Part shown: positions 20,623-28,717 of the stretch, piece after piece
Position numbering within the stretch: position 1 is the stretch's first letter
How the letters are laid out: every line of letters starts with the position of its first letter
Source of the DNA: an uncultured Planctomycetota bacterium
GTDB taxonomy: Bacteria; Planctomycetota; UBA1135; UBA2386
Assembly: GCA_963823025.1 (NCBI GenBank)
Contig: CAWGKH010000021.1
Span: forward strand, 17,955-81,954
Reading direction: 5' to 3'
DNA length: 64,000 nucleotides
Notes under the pieces: generated by a model
Told to the model about the DNA's origin: nothing
Databases searched by the model: none
The model's input: only the letters and a program-made list of their open reading frames with translations
Position numbers and translations under genes: made by a program

Positions 20623-21401
20623 TCGAGCCCCAGGATACGGTGCATCTGCGGCAGGACACGATACGCGAAGCCGCGCGCACCGGCCCGGCGCGCGAGCTCG
20701 GCGACCAGCGCCGGGTCGGGCCGCGCCAGGATCGCCCCGAACGGAGTCACCGGCTGCAGGATCAGCAGCAGGTCCTGGCGATGCGGTGCGAGCCGGTCGA
20801 GCGCCCGCTCGAACGACGCGACGCGCACGTCGTTGGTCACGACGATCTTCACGTCGAGGGTGACCGTCCCGCCTCGCTCGACGACGGCGCGCACGCACGC
20901 CGCGTGCTCGTCGGCGGGATCCCCGGACTCGAGCGTCTCGGGCAGCTTCCAGTCGGCGCTGACGTGATGCAGGACCGGCAGGACCGCGCGAAGCGCGTCC
21001 GGGTCGAGCGCGGCGGTCTCGAGGTGCAGCCGGCCGCGCGCCACGAGCAGTTCGCCGAAGGCTCGCACGAACCCCGGCTGGACCAGCGGCTCGCCACCGG
21101 TGATCGACACGGGGACGCCGCCCGGCGCCGCGAACGGCGACGCCGCGGCGCTCTCGAGTGCGAGCGTCACCGCGCGCTCGGCGGTCGCGGGGTTCGGCTC
21201 GCGCCGGACGGCCGCACCGATCGCCACGCGGAACGTCGGCTCCGCGACGTAGCTGTTCGGCGTGTCGCAGTAGCGACAGCGCAACGGACAGACCGCGAGG
21301 CGGACGAACGCCATCGGGACACCGACGTGCCGCCCCTCGCCCTGGATCGAGTGGAAGATCTCGATCAGCGCGGCGCGCCGACTCTCCGGCGAACCGCTCA
21401 T
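20619..21401 (-). CDS. queE: 7-carboxy-7-deazaguanine synthase (radical SAM)
   Basis: EIFHSIQGEG, FVRLAVCPLRCRYCDT, ITGGEPL, LETA, ILQP, RVLPQMHR. Confidence 0.92.
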   Translation of the reverse strand: MSGSPESRRAALIEIFHSIQGEGRHVGVPMAFVRLAVCPLRCRYCDTPNSYVAEPTFRVAIGAAVRREPNPATAERAVTLALESAAASPFAAPGGVPVSITGGEPLVQPGFVRAFGELLVARGRLHLETAALDPDALRAVLPVLHHVSADWKLPETLESGDPADEHAACVRAVVERGGTVTLDVKIVVTNDVRVASFERALDRLAPHRQDLLLILQPVTPFGAILARPDPALVAELARRAGARGFAYRVLPQMHRILGLE

Positions 21402-21429
21402 CGCGGCCACGGGTCGACCCGCGGGCGAC

Positions 21430-22536
21430 TCACGTGAAGCGGCGCGCGAGCGCGTTCAGCGCGACGATCGCGCGACCGAGCTCTTCATCGGTCACCGCGA
21501 ACGACAGCCGGAAATGACTCGCCCGCTGGGAGAACGTGCTTCCCGGCACGATCAGCACCTTGTCGGCGAGCGCAGCGTCGAGGAACGCCTGCTCGTCCCC
21601 ACCCGGCACCGCCGGGAACGCGTAGAACGAGCCCGCCGGGGGCACCAGCTCGAACGCCGGATGCAGCTCGCGCACCAGACGGTCGCGCTTGTTGCGGTAC
21701 TCGTCGATCCAGGCGGTCATGTCGATCTCGAACCCGACCTCCGCGATCGCCACCTGGAACGGTGCCGGCGCGCACACGAAGCTGAACTGCTGCAGCTTCT
21801 TCATCGCGTCCAGCACGTCGGCGGGACCGGTCGCGTAGCCGAGACGCCAACCGGGGACGCCCATCGTCTTGCTGAAGCCGGACAGGTGGATGACGCGGTC
21901 GTAGCGGCCGACCGGCGACACCATCACGTCGTCGTAGACGAACGACTCGTAGATCTCGTCCGTGACCACGTACGCCCCGACGCGCGCGGCCTCGCGCACC
22001 AGCGCGTCGACGGACGCCTCCGTCAGCACGCCGCCCGTCGGGTTGCTCGGCGAGTTGAGCATCACGATCTTGGTGCGCTCGTTGACGAGCTCGGCGACCT
22101 GCGCCGGGTCGGGCTGCCAGTTCGGGTAGAGGTCGTACCAGCGCACCGTCGCGCCGCAGAGCTCGGCGAGCACGCGATACATCGTGAACGCCGGGTCCGG
22201 CAACAGGATCTCGTCGCCCGGATCGAGCAGTGACAGGAACGACAGCATCAGCCCGCCGGAGACGCCGCCGGTGACGATGCTGGCCTCGGGGCGTTGGCCG
22301 TAGGCCGCCTCGATCCTGGCCTTGATCTTCTCGTTGAGCTCCGGGATGCCCTGCGTGACCGTGTAGCGGTTGAAACCCGCGCGAATCGCGCGGCACGCGG
22401 CCTCGACCAGCTCCTCGGGCGGATCGTAGTGGGCCTGCCCGATCGACAGGTTGATCGGGTCCTCCATCGTCGCCATCAGCTCGAAGATGCGGCGGATGCC
22501 GCTCGGCTGGATACGACGGACGCGCTCGGCGAGCAT
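21430..22536 (-). CDS. PLP-dependent aminotransferase class I/II
   Basis: INLSIGQ, LNSPSNPTG, TDEIY, SGFSKTMGVPGWRLGY (PLP lysine), FRLSFA. Confidence 0.95.
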   Translation of the reverse strand: MLAERVRRIQPSGIRRIFELMATMEDPINLSIGQAHYDPPEELVEAACRAIRAGFNRYTVTQGIPELNEKIKARIEAAYGQRPEASIVTGGVSGGLMLSFLSLLDPGDEILLPDPAFTMYRVLAELCGATVRWYDLYPNWQPDPAQVAELVNERTKIVMLNSPSNPTGGVLTEASVDALVREAARVGAYVVTDEIYESFVYDDVMVSPVGRYDRVIHLSGFSKTMGVPGWRLGYATGPADVLDAMKKLQQFSFVCAPAPFQVAIAEVGFEIDMTAWIDEYRNKRDRLVRELHPAFELVPPAGSFYAFPAVPGGDEQAFLDAALADKVLIVPGSTFSQRASHFRLSFAVTDEELGRAIVALNALARRFT

Positions 22537-22609
22537 GCTCAGGTCGGCCGGAGCTCGGGTCGGGAAACGGTTGCAGGCGATCGTCGGCTCGCCAGCCGGA
22601 ACGCCTGGT

Positions 22610-22861
22610 TCAGCCCTTCTTCTCCTCGGCGGGCGTCGGCGTCTCCTCGGCGCCGGGTTCCTTGACCGCGGTGGCCTCGGCCTTGAGCTGCTTCTTGGTC
22701 TTCGACTTGAACCGGGTGCGGACCTTCGGCAAGCCGAGGACGGTCTCGCCCTCCTGCCAGCGGCCTTCCTTCTTCAGCGCCGACAGTCGCTCCATGCGGG
22801 TCCAGACGTTGCGGGACCCGCGGAGGCCGCCGGAGACCTTCAGGCTGGAATGGATCGACAT
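22610..22861 (-). CDS. PVC-superphylum small basic protein (TIGR04137-like)
   Basis: MSIHSSLK...RNVWTRMERLSALKKEGRW...LGLPKVR matches the recalled family pattern, with a Lys-rich tail. Confidence 0.88.
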   Translation of the reverse strand: MSIHSSLKVSGGLRGSRNVWTRMERLSALKKEGRWQEGETVLGLPKVRTRFKSKTKKQLKAEATAVKEPGAEETPTPAEEKKG

Positions 22862-22912
22862 CGTCTCGGGGTGGCTTCGCGCCGTTCAGCGGGGTGAGGG
22901 GTCGGGGCTCGA

Positions 22913-23596
22913 TCAGAAGTGGTACGGCGAGCGCGGCAGCTTCTCGATCACATCGTCCAGCCCATCGGCGAAGTCCGGCTTGTCGACGCCCTTCAGGGCG
23001 TCGATCCGTGCGCGCTCGCGCGCACCGGACTTGTCGGTGTAGCAGACGACGAGATAGATCGGCTCGCCGGTCTCGCGGTGCACCCCCGGCCGGAGCCGGG
23101 TGGTCGTCAGACCGTGATCCCGCAGCCAGGCGGCCAGCCGGGCCGCCGCCTCGCGTTGGGGGGCCGGATACCATACGAGCCCGTAGCCGAAAGTCGAGAG
23201 GGCTTCCTCCTCGTGGCTCCGATCGAGCGGCCGCGAGGCGGGCAGGTAGCTCGGGTTGGTGCCGCGCCGCGCATCGCCGGCGTCGCGTCGGAGCCCCTCG
23301 GCGTGGGCGACGTCGGCTCCCGAGGTCGCGCGGCCGATCGCGAAGCCGAGCCCGAGCGCCCCGAACGCCAGCGCCAGCACGACGAACGCCGGCCAGCCCG
23401 CGGTGGCCGAGGTGCCGCGCCGCCCGCCCTTCGGGGACCGCCGCCCCGCCGGCTCGACGAGGCTGCGGAGCCAGTCCCAGGCGCCGGCCAGTCCCGCCCC
23501 TGCCGTCGCGCCACGCCGGCTCGGCGCCGGTCGCACCCCCTGCGCCCGCGCGCCGAGGATCTCGAACAAGTCACGGCCATGCTTCCTGGCCATCAT
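22913..23596 (-). CDS. Bitopic membrane protein with possible SPOR-like C-terminal domain
   Basis: MMARKHGRDLFEIL start, one TM helix (FVVLALAFGALGLGFAIG), then REAAARLAAWLRDHGL...IYLVV resembling the SPOR beta-alpha-beta pattern. Confidence 0.55.
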   Translation of the reverse strand: MMARKHGRDLFEILGARAQGVRPAPSRRGATAGAGLAGAWDWLRSLVEPAGRRSPKGGRRGTSATAGWPAFVVLALAFGALGLGFAIGRATSGADVAHAEGLRRDAGDARRGTNPSYLPASRPLDRSHEEEALSTFGYGLVWYPAPQREAAARLAAWLRDHGLTTTRLRPGVHRETGEPIYLVVCYTDKSGARERARIDALKGVDKPDFADGLDDVIEKLPRSPYHF

Positions 23597-23693
23597 GCAC
23601 CTCCCGGGCCGGCCGCGTCGGCCGACCCAACGCCCTGGATCGATGTCGTGTGGGTCGCGCGCCACTGACCCTGGCGCGCCGGATTCCGGCCGC

Positions 23694-23722
23694 ACCGTAG
23701 CGACCCGCCGAGGCGTGCGCAA
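23694..23722 (-). promoter_or_regulatory. Candidate sigma-70-type promoter TTGCGC-N17-TACGGT
   Basis: 17-bp spacing, about 100 bp upstream of the 23596 start; same -10 hexamer as the candidate at 28631. Confidence 0.4.
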
Positions 23723-23740
23723 GCGACGGGATCGTCGGGG

Positions 23741-26530
23741 CTACAGTGCGATCGCCACGCGAATCCGCTCGAGCACGTCGGCCTGCGCGGGGCCCGGGTC
23801 CTTCAGGAACGTCTCGCCCCGCTGCCGCGCCTCGTCGTCGCGACCGAGCAGCTGGAGCGCGCGGATCTCGTACAGCACCGCGAGGCTCGCGTCCGCGTCG
23901 CGCGCACGTTGACCCTTCGCCACCGCTTCGAAGCACTTCAGCGCCTCGGCGGCGTGGTCGGGACCGCGCTCGAGGAAGGTCATGCCGAGCTGCAGGTTCG
24001 GGGTGACCTCGTCCGGCCGGAGCGCCAGGCAGCGCCGCAGCGCGGTCTCCGCGGCGTCCAGATCGTGGTGGATCAATGCCTGCTGCCCCGCTTCGAGCTT
24101 TCGATGCCACTCCTGGATCACCGCGTTCCGGACCGCGTCGGTCGGCACCTGGTCCGGCGCGACCGCGAGGAACTTGACGAACTCGTCGAAGGCCGCGTCG
24201 TCCCGTCCGCCGGCGAGCTTCAGCTCCCAGCCCCGATCGCGCAGGGTCTGCGCGTAGAGCTCCAGAATCTCCCGATCGTCCGGCGACTCCTCGTGCAGCC
24301 GTTCCAGCAGGACCAGCGCCTTCAGCATCTCGCGCCGACCGCGCGCGGCCACGGCGCGCATCAGGCGCCCGTCCGCATTGTCGGGCTCGAGCTCGAGAAC
24401 GCGGTCTGCCAGGCGATCCAGCTCGTCGGGTGTCAGCGTGTAGAGCTTCTGATGACCGATCGCCGCGATGACCCGCGCCAGTCCGAGCCGCGCGTCGCGG
24501 TCATTGGGCTTCAGTGCCAGATACGCTTCGTAACGACGGCGCGCGTCCTCCATGTGGTTCTGCGCCATCTGCGCCACCGCCAGGAAGTACTGGATCTGGG
24601 GGTCGTCGACGCCCGCCGCGAGCGCCTGTCGCGCGGCGGACTCGGCGGTGGCCGCCATGCCCTCCTCGCCGAGCAGCATCTCGATGCGGGCCCGGTGCGC
24701 CTCGGGACGCGTCGGATCGATCGCGATCGCGTCCCGAAAGTGCTTCTCAGCCGACAGCAGTGCGCCGGTCGCCGCGTCGCAGCGCCCGAGCAGACACTGC
24801 GCCTCGTAGTCGTTCGGGTTCGTGCTCAGCACGCGCTCGAGCAGGGCGCGCGCCGCGACGACGCCCGGCGCGTCGGGCGCCGCGTGGGCGGACGCGTCGA
24901 GGGCCCCGGCGAGCTGTTGCTCCGCCCGGTCGCACAGCACTTCCGGCGCGTCGGGATCGATCCGCTGCAGGATGCCGAGCTGCTCGGCGACCGCCGCGTC
25001 GTCGCCACGCCGGCGCGCGATCCGGAGCGCCGTCAGGTGGATCCCGACGCGCTGTCGCCGGACGTCCGCGCCGTCACCGAGTGCATCGAGGGCCCGCGCG
25101 GCGCGTTGTGCGTGACGATAGGCCTCCTCCAGCCGACCGTCGAGCTGCGCGCGGCTCGCGAGCCGCTTCTCGGCCTGGAACCGGTGCTCGGGGTATCGCG
25201 CGACCTCGGCCGCGTGCGTGAGCAGCGTGCGCACCTCGTCGTCGAGCGGGTTCCGCGACGCGATGTCTGCGGCGAGATCGATCGACGCGGCGGCATTGTC
25301 GGAGTCGCGCGCGAGACTCGCGCGCCACAATGCATCGCTCGACTCGAAAGCGGCCGCGCGACCATGGGCGAGGATCGCCAGCGGGACGATCGCCACGGCG
25401 CACGCAATGCCACCGATCGGGCGGCGGAGACTGCCCAATGCCAATGCGAGACCCGGTATGGCGAGATACAGATATCGGTCCGCCGCCGCGAGCGCCGTCG
25501 CCGGGAACGCGGTGTTGAACGGCAGCAACGCGAGGGCGAACCACGCGAGTCCGGCCGCCACGCGCGGCGCGCGCTTGCGCAGCAGGACGATCGCCGCGAT
25601 CCACGCCGCGATCACGCACAGCCCCGGCAGGAGCCGGCTCGCGAACGACTCGAACGTCTTGACCTCCGGGTAGAGGACGTCGAGCGACACGGGCCACAGC
25701 GCGGTCGTCACGTAGTGGAGGAACGCCCCGGGCACGCGCGCGAGGCGCTCGGCGACGCTGCCCCCGCCCCGGATCGTGCCCTCCGCCGCCGCGATGCTCA
25801 GGTGATGGAGCCCGGCAGCGACCGCCACCACCAGGAGCGTGAGCACGGCCGGGCGCGCGCGACGCCAGTCGGTTCCGCCGGCCAGCCACGCGACGACCGC
25901 CGCGCACAGCGGCAGGACCAGCGCCGTGCCGTTGCTGTACACGGCGAGCAGCCCGAACGCGCCCGCGAGAAGCGCACTCTTGCCGGGCGCACGGTCCCCG
26001 CGCGCCCCGGCCGCCACCGCGTCGAGCGACAGGAACACGAAGATCCCCGCCAGCAGGACCTTGCGGCTGCTGAGCCAGAGCGCCCCTTCGACCAGCGCCG
26101 GGTGGAGCAGGAACACCGCGGCGACGCCGAACGCCAACCGCCGCCCGAGCCCCAGCCGGCCGCAGAGCCGCGCGAGGAAGAACGCACCCAGGACGTGGAG
26201 CAGCAGCGAGTGCAGGTGCGGCCCGCGCGGCCCCCCGAACAGGTGCAGGTCGAGCCAGATCGAGAGGTGCGTGACCGGGAGCCAGGCGTTCGCGATCGGC
26301 AGACCCGGATCGAGCGCACGCGCGAGGCCACCGGTCGCCAGCGGCGAGGCGGGTCCGTAGTAGAGCGGATCGTCGAAGTTGAGCTGCCCGGCGTGCCACG
26401 CACTCGGACCGAGCACCAGCGCGCAGAGGCCGAGCAAGCAGAGGAAGCCCGTCAGGCCGAGCCGGTTCGAACCTTCGATCTTGCCGTCGTCGCGCATCGC
26501 TGAATCCGAGTTGGATCGCTCCTCGGTCAT
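23741..26530 (-). CDS. TMTC-like GT-C glycosyltransferase (multi-TM) fused to a long TPR region
   Basis: NFDDPLYY acidic loop, WLPVTHLSIWLD, HLHSLLLH, FLLHPALVEGALWLSSRK, ADRYLYL; many TM helices followed by TPRs. Confidence 0.85.
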   Translation of the reverse strand: MTEERSNSDSAMRDDGKIEGSNRLGLTGFLCLLGLCALVLGPSAWHAGQLNFDDPLYYGPASPLATGGLARALDPGLPIANAWLPVTHLSIWLDLHLFGGPRGPHLHSLLLHVLGAFFLARLCGRLGLGRRLAFGVAAVFLLHPALVEGALWLSSRKVLLAGIFVFLSLDAVAAGARGDRAPGKSALLAGAFGLLAVYSNGTALVLPLCAAVVAWLAGGTDWRRARPAVLTLLVVAVAAGLHHLSIAAAEGTIRGGGSVAERLARVPGAFLHYVTTALWPVSLDVLYPEVKTFESFASRLLPGLCVIAAWIAAIVLLRKRAPRVAAGLAWFALALLPFNTAFPATALAAADRYLYLAIPGLALALGSLRRPIGGIACAVAIVPLAILAHGRAAAFESSDALWRASLARDSDNAAASIDLAADIASRNPLDDEVRTLLTHAAEVARYPEHRFQAEKRLASRAQLDGRLEEAYRHAQRAARALDALGDGADVRRQRVGIHLTALRIARRRGDDAAVAEQLGILQRIDPDAPEVLCDRAEQQLAGALDASAHAAPDAPGVVAARALLERVLSTNPNDYEAQCLLGRCDAATGALLSAEKHFRDAIAIDPTRPEAHRARIEMLLGEEGMAATAESAARQALAAGVDDPQIQYFLAVAQMAQNHMEDARRRYEAYLALKPNDRDARLGLARVIAAIGHQKLYTLTPDELDRLADRVLELEPDNADGRLMRAVAARGRREMLKALVLLERLHEESPDDREILELYAQTLRDRGWELKLAGGRDDAAFDEFVKFLAVAPDQVPTDAVRNAVIQEWHRKLEAGQQALIHHDLDAAETALRRCLALRPDEVTPNLQLGMTFLERGPDHAAEALKCFEAVAKGQRARDADASLAVLYEIRALQLLGRDDEARQRGETFLKDPGPAQADVLERIRVAIAL

Positions 26531-26781
26531 GGGCGGCGGAGTCGGAGAAGCCTCGCGGGACGCGAGGATTTCGGCGCCGGAGCGGCCCCGAAGGAACGGC
26601 AGCGCCGCCGACTGCCGCGGTGCATTCCCACCGCAGGCGGGTTCACCCGTTCCGTTGCGGCGGGAGGCGGCGCTGGGTAAAGACGCACAGGTTTAGCGGG
26701 ACGCGATGCGCATGTCGTGCCCCGTCTCGCCGACCGACGAGCCGTGCCCTCCGGATCCCCTCGTACCCGCGACTGCCTTCC

Positions 26782-27831
26782 ATGACGAACGTCCTTCACT
26801 CCGCGACGATCCTCATCGCGCTCGCCTGCTGCTGCACCGCGCCGCTCGCCGCACAGGACAGCCCGCCTCCCGACAGCCCGCCTCCCGACCGTGTCGAACT
26901 CAGCAACGGTGACGTGCTGACCGGCAAGCTCCTCGCCGTCACCGCCGAGAACGTCAAGTTCCACACCGAGGCGCTCGGTGACGTCGAGATCCCGATCGCG
27001 GAAATCGTGCAGCTCTCCTCCGGGCACGCGGTCCAGTTGCAGACGGCGTCCGGCGAGCGCGTGGACGGCCGCGTCGCCGCGCTCGAGAACGGCGCGCTGC
27101 GCGTGCAGGTCGACTCCCAGGAACGGTCCTTCCCGGTGGCCGACCTCGTCGAGCGCCGGCCGCCGGTCCAGTGGACCGGGTCGGTCGCCATCGGCGGCAA
27201 CTACTCGACCGGCAACACCGAGCGCCGCGGCGCGGCGGTGAGTGCGAACGCGGTCCGTCGCACCGACGACACGCGCTTGACCGGTTCGTTCCAATGGGTC
27301 TACGCGGACGACCGCGACCCGACGACGCGCGAGTGGAACCTCACCCAGCGCCGCATCTACGGCGCCGCGGAGTACGACTACTTCCTGAGCAAGAAGCTGT
27401 TCGCGTACGGGCAGGGCAGCCTCGAGAACGACGTCTTCAAGGACCTCGACCTGCGCTCGACGATCGGTGTCGGTCTCGGTTACCAGCTCTACGAGCAGGA
27501 CGACTTCAAGCTCTCGGCCCAGGCCGGTATCTCATACGTCGACGAGAAGCGCAGCATGAGTCCCGACCAGAGCTACATCGCCGCACGCGTCGGCTACGGG
27601 CTCGAATGGAAGCCGATCGAGTCGCTGACGGTCCTGTCCGACGGCCAGATCTTCCCGAGCCTCGAGGACAAGGACGACGTCTACGCGCGCAACGACCTGC
27701 GGCTCCGGATGAAGGTGAACGAGGCGCTGTTCGCGCAGTTCCAGTGGATCGTCGACTGGGACAACTCGCCCGCCCCGGGCACGGATCCGACCGACCAGCA
27801 GTTCTTCCTGTCGGCCGGCTGGTCGTTCTGA
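26782..27831 (+). CDS. DUF481 (YdiY-like) outer-membrane beta-barrel protein
   Basis: Signal peptide, DRVELSNGDVLTG domain, WTGSVAIGGNYSTGNTE, GVGLGYQ, C-terminal AGWSF. A 15-bp tandem duplication encodes DSPPP twice. Confidence 0.88.
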   Translation: MTNVLHSATILIALACCCTAPLAAQDSPPPDSPPPDRVELSNGDVLTGKLLAVTAENVKFHTEALGDVEIPIAEIVQLSSGHAVQLQTASGERVDGRVAALENGALRVQVDSQERSFPVADLVERRPPVQWTGSVAIGGNYSTGNTERRGAAVSANAVRRTDDTRLTGSFQWVYADDRDPTTREWNLTQRRIYGAAEYDYFLSKKLFAYGQGSLENDVFKDLDLRSTIGVGLGYQLYEQDDFKLSAQAGISYVDEKRSMSPDQSYIAARVGYGLEWKPIESLTVLSDGQIFPSLEDKDDVYARNDLRLRMKVNEALFAQFQWIVDWDNSPAPGTDPTDQQFFLSAGWSF

Positions 27832-27843
27832 GGCCGGACCGCG

Positions 27844-28611
27844 ATGCGTGACCGTGTCCTCGAGGTCCTGCGCCACACGGCCGCCGCCTACGGCGACGAC
27901 CTTCCGCTGCCGCGGAGCGCGGCCACGCCGTTCGCCGCCGCACCGCCGCACACCGCGACCTCGCCGCGGCCGGACCGACCGGCCCCAGTCGACACCGGCG
28001 AGCTGCCGCTCGACCTCGACGCGCTGCGGCCGATCGCGCTCGCCTGCACCCGCTGCAAGCTCCATGCAGCGCGCAAGCACGTCGTCTTCGGCGAGGGCGA
28101 TCCGAACGCGCGCGTGATGTTCGTCGGCGAGGCGCCCGGCGCGCGCGAGGACGAACAGGGCCGGCCGTTCGTCGGTCCGGCCGGACAGCTCCTCGACCGC
28201 ATCATCGAGAACGCGATGGGCCTCGCCCGGAGCGACGTCTACATCGCCAACGTCAACAAGTGCCGGCCGCCGGGCAACCGCAACCCGGAACCCGACGAGA
28301 TCGCCGCGTGCGTGCCGTACCTGCGCGCTCAGGTCCGGGCGATCCGCCCGGCGGTGCTCGTCACGCTCGGCCGCGTGGCCGCGCAGAACCTGCTCGGCAC
28401 GGCGCAGCCGATGCGCGCCCTCCGCGGCCGGGACCTGAGCTACGAAGGCATCCCCGTGGTCGCGACCTGGCACCCCGCCTACCTGCTCCGACAGCCGAGT
28501 GCCAAGCGCGAGACCTGGGAAGACGTGAAGCGGGTCAACCGGTTGCTCGGCCGACCCGAGATCCCGACCCGCGCCGCCCCCGGCGAAGCCGATCGCCGAC
28601 CTTCGCCTTGA
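27844..28611 (+). CDS. Uracil-DNA glycosylase, family 4 (Fe-S)
   Basis: [49 protein letters not shown]. Confidence 0.95.
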   Translation: MRDRVLEVLRHTAAAYGDDLPLPRSAATPFAAAPPHTATSPRPDRPAPVDTGELPLDLDALRPIALACTRCKLHAARKHVVFGEGDPNARVMFVGEAPGAREDEQGRPFVGPAGQLLDRIIENAMGLARSDVYIANVNKCRPPGNRNPEPDEIAACVPYLRAQVRAIRPAVLVTLGRVAAQNLLGTAQPMRALRGRDLSYEGIPVVATWHPAYLLRQPSAKRETWEDVKRVNRLLGRPEIPTRAAPGEADRRPSP

Positions 28612-28636
28612 CCCTTGTGCGGCACAGGGCTACGGT
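28608..28636 (+). promoter_or_regulatory. Candidate sigma-70-type promoter TTGACC-N17-TACGGT for secretin 1
   Basis: Near-consensus -35, 17-bp spacer, TAnnnT -10, about 80 bp upstream of ATG 28718; GGGAG Shine-Dalgarno present. Confidence 0.5.
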
Positions 28637-28717
28637 CCGCCGCGCTGCACGCTCGGGCCACCCCCTCTGGCCCGCTCGCCCCATAGGCTGCCACACCTCT
28701 CGCCTCAGGGAGACAGA

